The translations under genes were made by a program, and so were the position numbers. DNA of 64,000 bases from Dehalococcoidia bacterium. Lineage in GTDB: Bacteria > Chloroflexota > Dehalococcoidia > Lucifugimonadales > Australimonadaceae. The stretch covers positions 5,654 through 69,653 of the forward strand of contig DAOUHT010000140.1 of the NCBI GenBank assembly GCA_034428375.1, given 5' to 3'. This document shows, in pieces, positions 52,893 through 63,015 of the stretch (position 1 is its first letter; each line of letters starts with the position of its first letter). The notes beneath the pieces are model-generated. The model ran no database searches. It was not told where the DNA came from and was given only the letters and a program-made list of their open reading frames with translations.

Positions 52893-53744
52893 ATGGGCGA
52901 GGCGCGGTTCGCCACGGTCAACGGCGTACGCACGGCGTACGAAACATCCGGGAGCGGATTCCCGCTGCTGCTGCTCCATGGCTTCCCGCGCACGCGCCGC
53001 ACGTGGGAGCAGATAACCCCCGCGCTATCAGAGCGGTTCACCGTCGTCGCACCGGACCGTCGAGGCTACGGCGACTCCGAGCGCATCGCTGACCCCTCCG
53101 CCTACGGACTCGCGTCGATGGCGGCCGACGCGATCGCGCTGATGGACCATCTGGGCCATGAGCGATTCATCGTCGTGGGGCACGACAAGGGCGCCCCCAC
53201 TGCGAGGCGCATCGCCGCTGACCTGCCGGAGCGCGTCGTTGGCATGGTGCAGATCGACTCTGGGCCGCAGGGCGTTGGCGCGGAGCGCCGCGACCCGAGC
53301 GGTCGGCAGTGGTACTTCGATTTCTTCCGCCAGCGGAATGTGGCGGAACCGATCGTGAACGCGATACCGGAGCTGTTCTTCGGCCTCTTCCTCGACCGCA
53401 ACCCGCACCTTTCACCGGAGGAGCGCGCCTTCTACGTGGAGATGTTCTCCCGCCCCGGCACGGCGGACGCGGTCATCTGGGACTATCGCCTCGCGCTGGA
53501 GGAGGACCCGGACTACTGGCGCGGAGAGGTCGCCGCAGGGCGGAAGATCACCGTGCCGGTGCTGTCCATCTGGGGCGGGTCAGGGCCGTCGGCGAACGCA
53601 GATGTGCTCGGCGCATGGCGGGAAGTTGCAGACGACGTTCGCGGCTGGCCCGTCGAGGGCAGCGCGCACTACGTGCAGGAGCAGCAACCGAAGGCGACCG
53701 TTGCCGCTATCCTCGGCTTCGCCGACGAGTTGGGCCTGCCGTAG
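52893..53744 (+). CDS. alpha/beta hydrolase (epoxide hydrolase / haloacetate dehalogenase-like)
   Basis: PLLLLHGFPRTRRTWEQI...VAPDRRGYGDSE...VVGHDKGA...GSAHYVQEQQP. Confidence 0.85.
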   Translation: MGEARFATVNGVRTAYETSGSGFPLLLLHGFPRTRRTWEQITPALSERFTVVAPDRRGYGDSERIADPSAYGLASMAADAIALMDHLGHERFIVVGHDKGAPTARRIAADLPERVVGMVQIDSGPQGVGAERRDPSGRQWYFDFFRQRNVAEPIVNAIPELFFGLFLDRNPHLSPEERAFYVEMFSRPGTADAVIWDYRLALEEDPDYWRGEVAAGRKITVPVLSIWGGSGPSANADVLGAWREVADDVRGWPVEGSAHYVQEQQPKATVAAILGFADELGLP

Positions 53745-53758
53745 GGCAGACCCCGTGC

Positions 53759-54955
53759 CTAGCGGGCCGTCGCAGCCTCCTGGACCTGCCGGGCCTCGTC
53801 CGCCTTCGCGAAATCCGCCTCGCTGAAGTTATACAGCGTCGCGCCGCCGTAGAGGATGGCCTCCGCCGTCTCCCGCGACACGCCGTTCACGAGGTTGTTC
53901 GACACATTCGGGAAGTTGGAGTCGAAGTGCGGGTAGTCGGTTGAGATGCACATGCGGTCTGCGCCGATGAGCGACGCGGTCGCCTCGATCTCAGGCTCGC
54001 TACCCTCGACGGCGGCCCAGCAGTTGCGCCGGAAGTACTCCTTCGGCGTCAGCGAAAGGTAGGGTGCGTGGGTATCCAGGTACTGCGGGTAGTCCCACTC
54101 GATGCGGCTCAGAAGCCCTGGCGCCCATGAGTTCTGTGCCTCCAGGAAGCCGACGCGCAGGTTGGGGTGGAACTCGAAGGTGCCGCCGATGATCATCGCT
54201 ACCAGGGCCTGCTGCATCTCTATCCAGTGACTCGCAACGTGCCGGTAGAAGCGGTTCTCACCGTAGAGCGTGTTCATGTTGGAGTACCACGCACCAGTGC
54301 CCTCGTGGAATCCCCACGTCACGTCGAGCTCCTCGTGCAGGCTGTAGAGCGGCTCCCAGTAGTTGGAGTGCCAGAAGCGCCCGTTCACGAGGTTGGGACG
54401 CATGAAGGAGCCGACCGCACCGAGCTCGGTCACGCAACGGCGCAACTCCTGGCAGGCGAGGGTTACGTCGTGGAATGGCAGCATCGCCGCGAACTTCAGC
54501 CGGTCGGGGCTGTACTGGCAGAAGTCGTAGATCCAGTTGTTGTACGCCTGGCAGAGCGCGTACGAGAGAAGAGGGTCCATGCCATTCCGCGCGATGAGTC
54601 CCAGTCCCATGGTGGGGAAGAGGACGGCGATGTCCACGCCCTCCATCTCCATCCCCATCACCTGAGCGACAGGGTCGTAGTTGCGCTCGATGGCGAAGCC
54701 CAGGTACGGCGCGGAGCGCGAACCGGAGAGCGGCTGGCGCTGGTTGGAGGAGACGTTCTTACTGCGCTTCCGGTACTGCTGGAGGTCGTCGTCGCCGGCG
54801 CGGGAGAGGCCGTCGATCACCACATTAGAGCCGCCCGCGCGCCCTGGAGCGCTGATGACGCGGTCCTTGAACTTCGGGTCGAGGTACCGGTCGAAGATGT
54901 CTGCCGGTTCCATCACGTGCATGTCGCAGTCAACGAACCGCATGCCGTCCTTCAT
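53759..54955 (-). CDS. amidohydrolase_2 family protein
   Basis: MKDGMRFVDCDMHVMEP...FHEG...STDYPHFD. ATG 54955 is preceded by GGAGGAG; the upstream track extension is unsupported. Confidence 0.8.
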   Translation of the reverse strand: MKDGMRFVDCDMHVMEPADIFDRYLDPKFKDRVISAPGRAGGSNVVIDGLSRAGDDDLQQYRKRSKNVSSNQRQPLSGSRSAPYLGFAIERNYDPVAQVMGMEMEGVDIAVLFPTMGLGLIARNGMDPLLSYALCQAYNNWIYDFCQYSPDRLKFAAMLPFHDVTLACQELRRCVTELGAVGSFMRPNLVNGRFWHSNYWEPLYSLHEELDVTWGFHEGTGAWYSNMNTLYGENRFYRHVASHWIEMQQALVAMIIGGTFEFHPNLRVGFLEAQNSWAPGLLSRIEWDYPQYLDTHAPYLSLTPKEYFRRNCWAAVEGSEPEIEATASLIGADRMCISTDYPHFDSNFPNVSNNLVNGVSRETAEAILYGGATLYNFSEADFAKADEARQVQEAATAR

Positions 54956-55028
54956 TGTGTCTCCTCCGTACTGGCAGTGAGTCGTGCCTCGTAGAGTATA
55001 GCGAGTTGCTGTGCGCTGTCGCTCTCGG

Positions 55029-56858
55029 CTACCTTTCAGGGAAGAACGTGACCGCCAGCGTTGCTCGCGAAACGCCACCGTTCGAACTGGTGCTCATAGA
55101 TACAGCCCCCAACGTCTCCTCGAGCATGCCCTCTGTTCGTCGGTCAATGCCCCCTGCATCGGACACCAGACCAACTATCCCCTTGAGACCGATGTAGGCC
55201 AGCATGTCCCGGTCGCCTGGAAGGCTAGCCGTGGCCCGGCGGTATTCGCCGTCTGTGGCGAGTGCGCCACCCTCGCCCTGCTGCCGCGACACCACTGTCT
55301 CAATCGCGCGCTCCGTTGTGCCGAACGTAAGGAATCCTCCGTGCAGTACGTAACCAAGGTCGTAACCGATGTCATCTGAGTCGCGCAGGTCCAAGATGCG
55401 TGCGTTACGCTCGGCTCCAACGTTGGCTGAATCGAAGTCAAGGTCGAACTCATCCTCCAGCCATGAGGCGATTTCAGTGAGCGCCTCGTCCAGTTCGTCA
55501 GCGTTCTCTGGCCTGTAGGACACCATCGCTACAGCGTCCAGCGGTCTCTCCAAGTCACTGGGGACGTGTAGCACACTGGCAATGGCAGTTCCTTCGAGAT
55601 GCTTGAGCAGGTCTGTTTCAATGTCGAATCTGGCCAGCCTGCTCCCTGCCCACAGCCCTATGTCCAAGGCGTCGGCGAGAGTTGCATCACGTCCTAGGGG
55701 TTCAGGCTGGGGTTGTGCCGACGCCTCCCTGGCCGAGCGGTCGATCTCCTCGAACCAATCGAGTTGCGTGTCTGGAGGGATGCTTCCCAGTACCTCTTCC
55801 CAGAGGTCATCGCCGTAGAGGTCTGCTATGCCGCACTCACGCAGCGATTCCCGCCATTCCCCGATTGTGGGGTTGAACGATACGGCTGCGAAGCCAAGCG
55901 CATCCGCTGGCAGCAGTTCGGCGGCGTTCGGAAGTTCGGGCGCTGCTGGCCAGCCACTGCTGGTGAGCGGTGACGCAACTTCCGCTACAATTCCGCGCTC
56001 GAATGCTCCCAAGGACATTACCACCCAGTTGGGTATGGAGGTGAGCAAGTCTCCACAAGCAGTTTGCTCGCCGGCAGTCCCCAGTTCTGCGAGTTCCACC
56101 GCTGCCGCATCTTCAATAGCGTCGAAGAGGTTCTCGTAATCCACGTACGTAGACATGAAGCGGCGTTTGGGTAATGCGGCGCGCGCCTCTTGGAAGGCTT
56201 CATCCGAGGCTAGGGTGCGTTCCTGTTTACCGCTCACCCTGTCCAAGACGGTCTTAAGTATGTGCTCGGCGGATGCGACTACGAGCAGACTCTCGGACAA
56301 GGCCAGAGATAACTCAAAATCGTTCCTTCTGGACTCATCTACCCAGGTATCGAAGTCCTCGTAGTCGTCTCTATCGAAATCAAGGCCGCCGTCTTCTTCG
56401 AGGCGGTCGAGCACCTTGTCAATGAAATCCTCGGCAGCCCCACGGTTTCGCACATCCACAGTTCCGGCAACGTCGATGGTTCCGTCTCGGCTGTCAAAGT
56501 TCATCGCCGCTACAGATATCTCTGTCCCGAGCCATGCGCCCAAGTCCTCCGGCTCTACGTCGAATTCATCTTCAATGGCGTCTTCAAGTTCTTCCTGCCA
56601 TTCGCGGACTGTTGAGAAGTCCTGCATCCGGCTGAACATCTCTGTCATATGCCGACGCTGTCCGCCACCAGGATTGAGCGTCATCCACGAATACGCGATG
56701 ACGTTTGCCGGGTAGTAGCGTGCTGAATGCTCGGGCGGGTCCGACACGAACGGAATCGCGAAGTATCCCAGGTAGACTCCGGTCCCATATCCGATCCCAC
56801 CGACTAATGCGAGTCCCGCTATCGCGGCTGCGACTTTCAGGCTGAAGGCTGTAATCAA
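55029..56858 (-). CDS. membrane-anchored DUF3352-like protein
   Basis: The 609-aa ORF has an N-terminal TM segment (KVAAAIAGLALVGGIGYG), then YYPANVIAYSWMTLNPGGGQ..., and is acidic. The family call is from memory only. A TTGA overlap links its start to the upstream hydrolase stop. Confidence 0.55.
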   Translation of the reverse strand: MITAFSLKVAAAIAGLALVGGIGYGTGVYLGYFAIPFVSDPPEHSARYYPANVIAYSWMTLNPGGGQRRHMTEMFSRMQDFSTVREWQEELEDAIEDEFDVEPEDLGAWLGTEISVAAMNFDSRDGTIDVAGTVDVRNRGAAEDFIDKVLDRLEEDGGLDFDRDDYEDFDTWVDESRRNDFELSLALSESLLVVASAEHILKTVLDRVSGKQERTLASDEAFQEARAALPKRRFMSTYVDYENLFDAIEDAAAVELAELGTAGEQTACGDLLTSIPNWVVMSLGAFERGIVAEVASPLTSSGWPAAPELPNAAELLPADALGFAAVSFNPTIGEWRESLRECGIADLYGDDLWEEVLGSIPPDTQLDWFEEIDRSAREASAQPQPEPLGRDATLADALDIGLWAGSRLARFDIETDLLKHLEGTAIASVLHVPSDLERPLDAVAMVSYRPENADELDEALTEIASWLEDEFDLDFDSANVGAERNARILDLRDSDDIGYDLGYVLHGGFLTFGTTERAIETVVSRQQGEGGALATDGEYRRATASLPGDRDMLAYIGLKGIVGLVSDAGGIDRRTEGMLEETLGAVSMSTSSNGGVSRATLAVTFFPER

Positions 56859-57667
56859 TACGAGGCCTCCACCTCTGCAATGAACTTCCGCACATGCGGG
56901 ATCATCGTGTCCGCCACTTGGAATGCCTGCGCGTGCGTGTGGTCAGGCAGTGAGAGAAACGAGGCGTTGGGGGCCAGCGAGGCGCACCGCTTGGCCGGCT
57001 CGTGATTGCGTATGTCCTTGGTGCCCGCGTACACGAACGTAGGCAGCGTCATGTTGACGATGTCCTCGTCCGGCGCTCCCCAGTCCAGATTCGCGAGTTG
57101 CTGCGCAGCGTAGGCGTCTTTGTCGTTCGCCAGCAGGCGTTCGCGCTGCTGCTCGGAGAGCGGCCCGGCGTCCATCTCCATCGCGGTGACGTACACATCC
57201 ATGCCCAGCCGCATGATCTTCGCGCGGGCCTGCCAGCGGGCGCGGTCGAAATCGGGGACCGGCAGGGGGATGACCGGGTAGGAACCGAGGACGAGGGCGT
57301 GGAAGCGGTGTGGGGCAAGCATGCCAAGTGCCCAGCCGATGCTGGCGCCCATGGAGTAGCCCCAATAGAACGTCTGCTCGATGCCGATGTCGTCAAGCAC
57401 GGCGGTAACGTCGGATACCTTCAGTTCGCGTCCGTAGTCCGCAGGGTCGGTGAGCTTGTCGCTCTGGCCGAAGCCGCGGGAGTCGATGAGGATAAGCCGG
57501 AACTCACCGGAGAGGGCCGCCGTGTAACCTGCGTTGTGCCAGTTCTTCGTGCTACCGCCCATGCCGTGCATGAGCACGAGCGGGGGCGCGTGAACCGGCG
57601 CATCGTCGTTCACCTCGTAGTGGATGCGGACGCCGTTGTTGTCGATGAACCGGTCTTCGAATGCCAT
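56855..57667 (-). CDS. alpha/beta hydrolase, tandem copy 1 (most downstream)
   Basis: MAFEDRFIDNNGVRIHYEV...LMHGMGGS...GYSMGASIGW...GTKD...DHTH. AAGGAG lies upstream of ATG 57667. Confidence 0.85.
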   Translation of the reverse strand: MAFEDRFIDNNGVRIHYEVNDDAPVHAPPLVLMHGMGGSTKNWHNAGYTAALSGEFRLILIDSRGFGQSDKLTDPADYGRELKVSDVTAVLDDIGIEQTFYWGYSMGASIGWALGMLAPHRFHALVLGSYPVIPLPVPDFDRARWQARAKIMRLGMDVYVTAMEMDAGPLSEQQRERLLANDKDAYAAQQLANLDWGAPDEDIVNMTLPTFVYAGTKDIRNHEPAKRCASLAPNASFLSLPDHTHAQAFQVADTMIPHVRKFIAEVEASY

Positions 57668-57695
57668 GGCGTAGCTCCTTGGCTTCAGGTAGGCC

Positions 57696-58505
57696 TTAGC
57701 GCGTGCCCTCAACCCCTGCGATGAACTTCCGCACGTGTGGGATCATCGTGTCCGCCGCCAGGAACCCCTCCATGTGCGTATGGTCCGGCAGCGAGAGGAA
57801 GGACGCATTGGGGGCGAGCGACGCGCAGCGCTTGGCTGGTTCGTGGTTGCGCCTGTCCTTCGTGCCCGCGTAGACGAACGTGGGCAGCGTCATGTTGACG
57901 ATGTCCTCATCCGGTGCGCCCCAGTCGAGGTTTGCGAGCTGCTGTGCGGCGTAGGCGTCCTTGTCATTTGCCAGCAGGCGTTCGCGGTCGGTGTCTGGGA
58001 GTGGCCCGGCGTCCATCTCCATCGCGGTCACGTATACGTCCATTCCGAGCCGCATGATCTTCGCGCGAGCCTCCCAGCGGGCGCGGTCGAATTCGGGAAC
58101 GGGCAGAGGGATGACTGGGTAGGAGCCGAGCACGAGGGCGTGGAAGCGGTCTGGGGCAAGCATGCCGAGCGCCCAGCCGATGCTCGCGCCCATCGAGTAG
58201 CCCCAGTAGAACGCCTTCTCTATGCCGAGGTCATCCAGCACAGCTGTCACGTCGGATACCTTTTGCGCGCGTCCGTAGTCCGCTGGTTCGGTGAGCTTGT
58301 CGCTCTGGCCGAACCCTCGGGAGTCGATGAGGATCTGCCGGAACTCGCCGGAGAGCGCTGTCGTGTAGCCCGCGTCGTGCCAGTCCTTCGTGCTCATGCC
58401 CATGCCGTGCATGAGCACAAGTGGCGGAGCGTCTTCCGGCGCGTCGTCCACCTCGTAATGGATGCGGACGCCGTTGTTGTCGATGAACCGGTCTTCGAAC
58501 GGCAT
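57696..58505 (-). CDS. alpha/beta hydrolase, tandem copy 2
   Basis: MPFEDRFIDNNGVRIHYEV...GYSMGASIGW...DHTH. It is very similar to copy 1. Confidence 0.85.
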   Translation of the reverse strand: MPFEDRFIDNNGVRIHYEVDDAPEDAPPLVLMHGMGMSTKDWHDAGYTTALSGEFRQILIDSRGFGQSDKLTEPADYGRAQKVSDVTAVLDDLGIEKAFYWGYSMGASIGWALGMLAPDRFHALVLGSYPVIPLPVPEFDRARWEARAKIMRLGMDVYVTAMEMDAGPLPDTDRERLLANDKDAYAAQQLANLDWGAPDEDIVNMTLPTFVYAGTKDRRNHEPAKRCASLAPNASFLSLPDHTHMEGFLAADTMIPHVRKFIAGVEGTR

Positions 58506-58533
58506 TGCGCTGCTCCCTCGTATACAAGTCTCT

Positions 58534-59355
58534 CTAGCGCGTGTCTTCAACCATGGCGATGAATTCCCTGACATGCGGAATCATCAGGTCCGCCGCCATG
58601 AAGGCGGACATGTGCGTGTGCCCTTCCAGTGGCAGGAATCTCGCGTTGGGCGCGAGGGACGCGGAGCGCTTGGTGAGCGTGTGGTTCCGGGGCATGGGGT
58701 AGTCATCGTCGGTGCCGGAGTAGACGAGGGCGGGCAGCGTCATGTTGACGATGTCCTCGTCCGGTGCTCCCCACTCCAGGTTCGCGATCTGCTGCGCAGC
58801 GTAGGCGTCCTTGTCGTTTGACAAGAGCCTGGCTTTACTCTCCTCCGGCAGCGGGCCCTGGTCCATCTCCATCGCGGCGACGTAGACGTCCATGCCCAGA
58901 CGCATGAGCTTGGCTCGGGCCTCCCATCGCACCCGGTCGATTTCAGGCACATCCGGCGAAAGCACGGGATACGCGCCAAGAACCAGGCCGTGGAAGCGTT
59001 CAGGCGCGAGCATACCGACCGCCCAGCCGATGCTGGAGCCCATCGAGAAGCCCCAGTAGTAGGCCTTGCCCACGCCGAGGTCATCCAACACGGCAGTCAC
59101 GTCGGAGACCTTCTGCGCGCGCCCGTAGACGGCCGGGTCTTTCGGCTTGTCGCTCTGCCCGAACCCGCGCGAGTCGATGAGGACGACCTTGAACTCGTTG
59201 CAGAGCTTCTCCGGGTAGCCGGCGTTCCGCCAGTCCTTGGTGCTCATGCCCATGCCGTGCACGAAGACGATGACGGGCGACTCGACCGCCCCTTCCTCCA
59301 CCTCGTAGTGGATATTGACGCCGTTGTTGTCAACGAAACAATCCTGGTATGGCAC
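58534..59355 (-). CDS. alpha/beta hydrolase, tandem copy 3
   Basis: A GTG start after AAGGAG gives MPYQDCFVDNNGVNIHYEV...GFSMGSSIGW...GHTH. Confidence 0.85.
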   Translation of the reverse strand: MPYQDCFVDNNGVNIHYEVEEGAVESPVIVFVHGMGMSTKDWRNAGYPEKLCNEFKVVLIDSRGFGQSDKPKDPAVYGRAQKVSDVTAVLDDLGVGKAYYWGFSMGSSIGWAVGMLAPERFHGLVLGAYPVLSPDVPEIDRVRWEARAKLMRLGMDVYVAAMEMDQGPLPEESKARLLSNDKDAYAAQQIANLEWGAPDEDIVNMTLPALVYSGTDDDYPMPRNHTLTKRSASLAPNARFLPLEGHTHMSAFMAADLMIPHVREFIAMVEDTR

Positions 59356-59381
59356 GTTGCTTCTCCTTGCTTCTTTGTTGC

Positions 59382-60203
59382 CTAACGCGAATCCTCAACC
59401 ATCGCGATGAACTCCCGCACGTGCGGGATCACAACGTCAGCCGAGGCCATCGCGGATGCGTGGGTGTGTCCCTCCAGCGGAAGGAACTTCGCGTTGGGCG
59501 CGAGCGACGCCGAGCGCTTCGTGAGCGCATGGTTCCTCGGCATCGGGTACTCGTCCTCGGTGCCGGAGTAGACCAGCGCGGGCAGGGTCATGTTGCGGAT
59601 GTCCTCATCCGGCGCTCCCCAGCTGATGTTCGCTATCTGTTGAGCGGCGTAGGCGTCCTTGTCGTTCGCCAGCAGCCGGGCCTTGTTCTCCTCCGGCAGC
59701 GGTCCCTGATCCATCTCCATGGCGGCGATGTAGACGTCCATGCCGAGGCGCATGAGCTTGGCGCGAGCTTCCCATCGCACGCGGTCGATCTCCGGCACCT
59801 CCGGCGACAGCACGGGGTATGCGCCGAGGATGAGCCCGTGAAAATGGTCGGGCGCGAGCATGCCGACCGCCCAGCCGATGCTGGCGCCCATGGAGTAACC
59901 CCAGTAGTAGGCCTTGTCGACGCCGAGATCGTCCAGGACAGCGACCACGTCCGACACCTTCTGCGGGCGTCCGTAGTCCTCGGCGTCTTTCAACTTGTCG
60001 CTCTGCCCAAATCCACGCGAGTCCATGAGCACGACCTTGTAGTCGTCGCGCAACTTCTCCGGGTAGCCGTGCATCCGCCAGCCCTTCGTGCTGCCGCCCA
60101 TGCCGTGCACGAAGATGATGACGGGCGAGTCGGCAGGCCCCTCTTCCACCTCGTAGTGGATGCGTACGCCGTCGTTGTCCACGAACCGGTCTTCGTATGA
60201 CAT
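59382..60203 (-). CDS. alpha/beta hydrolase, tandem copy 4 (most upstream)
   Basis: MSYEDRFVDNDGVRIHYEV...GYSMGASIGW...GHTH. ATG 60203 follows AAGGAG. The 423-aa track ORF extension runs into the SDR gene in another frame. Confidence 0.85.
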   Translation of the reverse strand: MSYEDRFVDNDGVRIHYEVEEGPADSPVIIFVHGMGGSTKGWRMHGYPEKLRDDYKVVLMDSRGFGQSDKLKDAEDYGRPQKVSDVVAVLDDLGVDKAYYWGYSMGASIGWAVGMLAPDHFHGLILGAYPVLSPEVPEIDRVRWEARAKLMRLGMDVYIAAMEMDQGPLPEENKARLLANDKDAYAAQQIANISWGAPDEDIRNMTLPALVYSGTEDEYPMPRNHALTKRSASLAPNAKFLPLEGHTHASAMASADVVIPHVREFIAMVEDSR

Positions 60204-60241
60204 GTCGCTACTCCTTGCCGTGCTTCCGCTTCTGCGTTCCT

Positions 60242-61033
60242 CTACCGTCGTCCGCCGTCCGCTTCGATGGCTGTGCCGGTGATGTAGCCCGCGGCGTCGG
60301 AGACGAGCCAGAGGACCGTGCCCGCGTGCTCGTCCGGTGTGCCGAGCCTGCCCATCGCGCTGCGGTTGGTGGTTGTGGAACGGACGCTCTCGTGCCACAT
60401 CGGGCGGTGCGGGGTTTCGATGCCGCCGAGCGCGATAGCGTTGACGCGCACCTCGGGTGCCCACTCGTACGCCATGGACTTGGACATGTTGATCACGCCG
60501 GCCTTGGCTGCGCCGTAGGCTGCCTGCCCGGTGCCGGGGTTGACGCCTGCGCCCGAGGCGATGTTGACGATGGCGCCCTTGCCCTGCGCCTTCATGATGG
60601 GTTGTACCGCCTTGGAGCACATGAACGCCGTGAGCACGTTCACCCGGTAGCACTCGATGAAGTCGTGTGGCTCCAATTCCATGAGCGGGCCGGAGCGAAA
60701 TGTCTCGCCCCAGCTGCCGCCGACGACGTTGACAAGGGCGTCGATGCGTCCGAACTCGGCCATCGTCTGTGCGACCATCGCGTCAACCTCGTCCTGGTTA
60801 CGGACGTCTGCGGTGACACCGAGCGTGCGGCTGCCGATAGCGCGTATCTCATCCACGACGGGATGCACGGGAGCGTGAGGACGTTCCCTGCCGACGGTCA
60901 CCTGCTCCGGCTCACGCGCCGCTACAACGACATTCGCGCCCTGGCGTGCGAGCGCAAGCGAGATGGCCTTGCCGAATCCCTGCGAGCCTCCCGTGACGAT
61001 GGCCACACGGTCTGTCATGTCGAAACTTGGCAT
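60242..61033 (-). CDS. SDR family oxidoreductase
   Basis: MPSFDMTDRVAIVTGGSQGFGKAISLALARQGANVVVAAR...YGAAKAG. ATG 61033 follows GGAAGGAG. Confidence 0.85.
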   Translation of the reverse strand: MPSFDMTDRVAIVTGGSQGFGKAISLALARQGANVVVAAREPEQVTVGRERPHAPVHPVVDEIRAIGSRTLGVTADVRNQDEVDAMVAQTMAEFGRIDALVNVVGGSWGETFRSGPLMELEPHDFIECYRVNVLTAFMCSKAVQPIMKAQGKGAIVNIASGAGVNPGTGQAAYGAAKAGVINMSKSMAYEWAPEVRVNAIALGGIETPHRPMWHESVRSTTTNRSAMGRLGTPDEHAGTVLWLVSDAAGYITGTAIEADGGRR

Positions 61034-61107
61034 AGCATCTCCTTCCCTCAGAGCGAGTGGATGATACATCCGCATCGGCGCGGGACTATCGTGCTAGAGT
61101 TTACGCG

Positions 61108-61503
61108 ATGAGCGAGGCGGACGAAGCGGCGGTTCTCGCCGCCAACAAGGCGTTCTACGACGCGTTCGGTACACTGGACATCCGCCAGATGGAGGAGGTC
61201 TGGTCGCGCGAGGACGTGGTGACGTGCATCCACCCGGGATGGGCTGCGCTCGACGGCTGGGCCGAGGTCATGGAGAGCTGGGAGCGCATATTCGATGGTG
61301 CGGCGATGATGACGTTCACCATCACCGGCGCGCAGGCGACTGTCGAGGGCGGGGTTGCATGGGTCACGTGCACCGAGAACCTGACGTCGGTGGCCGGAGG
61401 GCGTGTGATGGACGCGCGCATAGAGACGACGAACGTCTTCCGCAGCTGGGGCGGGCGGTGGCTGATGGTGCACCATCACGGCTCGCCCGTGCTCGGCGGG
61501 TAG
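61108..61503 (+). CDS. SnoaL-like / NTF2-fold protein (DUF4440-like)
   Basis: MSEADEAAVLAANKAFYDAFGTLDIRQMEEVWSREDVVTCIHPGWAALDGW...TNVFRSWGGRWLMVHHH. Confidence 0.7.
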   Translation: MSEADEAAVLAANKAFYDAFGTLDIRQMEEVWSREDVVTCIHPGWAALDGWAEVMESWERIFDGAAMMTFTITGAQATVEGGVAWVTCTENLTSVAGGRVMDARIETTNVFRSWGGRWLMVHHHGSPVLGG

Positions 61504-61593
61504 GCGCCAGGCACGATTGACGGCAGAGCGCGGATGATGCAATCTTCACCCGTTAGCAGGAAGAAATGGTCTGGGCACTCTGGGAGGTGAACG

Positions 61594-62994
61594 ATGCTGA
61601 CCGTAGAGCAGAACGACCGGTTGACTCTGGTGGGCCCTGGGACTCCCATGGGGGAACTGATGCGGCGCTACTGGCAGCCTATCGCCGGGGTTTCCGAATT
61701 CAACGAGAACCCCACGAAGGCGATCCGGCTCCTGGGCGAAGACCTCGTCTTGTACAAGGACGAGAGCGGCACGTTCGGTCTCATCGACGCCTCGTGTGCC
61801 CATCGCAGGGTCAACATGCTGTGGGGCATCCCCGAACCGAAGGGCCTCCGCTGCTCTTACCACGGTTGGCTGTACGACGAGACCGGCCAGTGCCTGGAGA
61901 TGCCGGCCGAGCCTGCGGACTCGACCTTCCCAAGCCGTGTGCAGTTGAAGGCCTACCCGGTGGAGACGCTTGGCGGCCTCGTGTTCGCGTACCTCGGTCC
62001 GCAGCCTGCTCCGCTGCTCCCCCACTACTACCCATTCGTGGAGGAGGGGAGAGTCAGGAGCATCGGCTGGACGATCGTTACCTGCAACTGGCTCCAGATC
62101 ATGGAGAATTCGCTGGACCCAATCCATGCTGAGTACCTCCACGGCTACTTCTCCAAGTACGCTCTCCAACGGGTCGGGCTGCTCAAGCACCGTGGCGACA
62201 TCTATGGCAAGCGCCCGCCGGAAGAGAACGAGGACTTCGGTCCGTACTGGCGGAAGGCAGGCCGAACGATGCGCCACATCTCCGCGTCGACAAGCAGGTT
62301 CGAACACGGCGTCCTGAAGCACCGCTGGTTGGAAGGAGAGGAGAAAGAGGAGTCCATAGGCTGGCGTTACGGCCACCCGATACTGTTCCCGAACCTCGAG
62401 TCCGGCACCGGCGGGCACGACTTCCAGATCCGCGTGCCGATGGATGACACGCACACCTACTACGTCTACTACCAGTCTCACTGGCCGCGCGAGGGCGAGA
62501 ACCCGAACCAGCGGGAGGACGAGATTCCCGTCTACCACGTTCCGATCGCGGGAGTGGACGAGTGGGGGCAGCCCATCTGGGAACAACTCGACAACAACAG
62601 TGGCCAGGACCACTTTGCATGGACATCGCAGGGCCCGCGCACACGCCGCTACCTGGAGAAGCTGGGGCAGTCGGACATCGGCATCATCCTTTTCCGGCGC
62701 ATGCTCCTGGAACAGATGCAGATCATGGAGGACGGCGGCGAGCCTATGAACGTGTTCCGTGACCCCGCGAAGAACGACATCATCTGGATTCCGTTCGACC
62801 GCATGGACGATGAGGTCATCGAGGGGAAGACCGCCACTCCGAAGAACCCGCATCGCAACGTTGAGGGGATGTCGACCGGATCCTCGGGCAAGTTCAACAC
62901 GTTGAACCTGGAGTACGCCAAGCGTATCGGTGCTACGCTGCCGCCGCCGTTCCCGAAGTCGGCTAAGACGGCGGTCGAGGTCTCTCCCGGATAG
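61594..62994 (+). CDS. Rieske [2Fe-2S] non-heme iron oxygenase, alpha-subunit type
   Basis: The Rieske motif is CAHR...(17 aa)...CSYHGW, and the iron motif is NWLQIMENSLDPIHAEYLH. Its N-terminus is colinear with 4327..5598. Confidence 0.85.
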   Translation: MLTVEQNDRLTLVGPGTPMGELMRRYWQPIAGVSEFNENPTKAIRLLGEDLVLYKDESGTFGLIDASCAHRRVNMLWGIPEPKGLRCSYHGWLYDETGQCLEMPAEPADSTFPSRVQLKAYPVETLGGLVFAYLGPQPAPLLPHYYPFVEEGRVRSIGWTIVTCNWLQIMENSLDPIHAEYLHGYFSKYALQRVGLLKHRGDIYGKRPPEENEDFGPYWRKAGRTMRHISASTSRFEHGVLKHRWLEGEEKEESIGWRYGHPILFPNLESGTGGHDFQIRVPMDDTHTYYVYYQSHWPREGENPNQREDEIPVYHVPIAGVDEWGQPIWEQLDNNSGQDHFAWTSQGPRTRRYLEKLGQSDIGIILFRRMLLEQMQIMEDGGEPMNVFRDPAKNDIIWIPFDRMDDEVIEGKTATPKNPHRNVEGMSTGSSGKFNTLNLEYAKRIGATLPPPFPKSAKTAVEVSPG

Positions 62995-63015
62995 CACGAG
63001 ATTCGGAGTCGAAGC

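Noticed and set aside
60204-60653. An N-terminal extension of hydrolase copy 4 (423-aa ORF 59382..60653).
   Set aside because: It runs through the SDR gene in another frame. The paralog alignment and an AAGGAG site fix the start at 60203.
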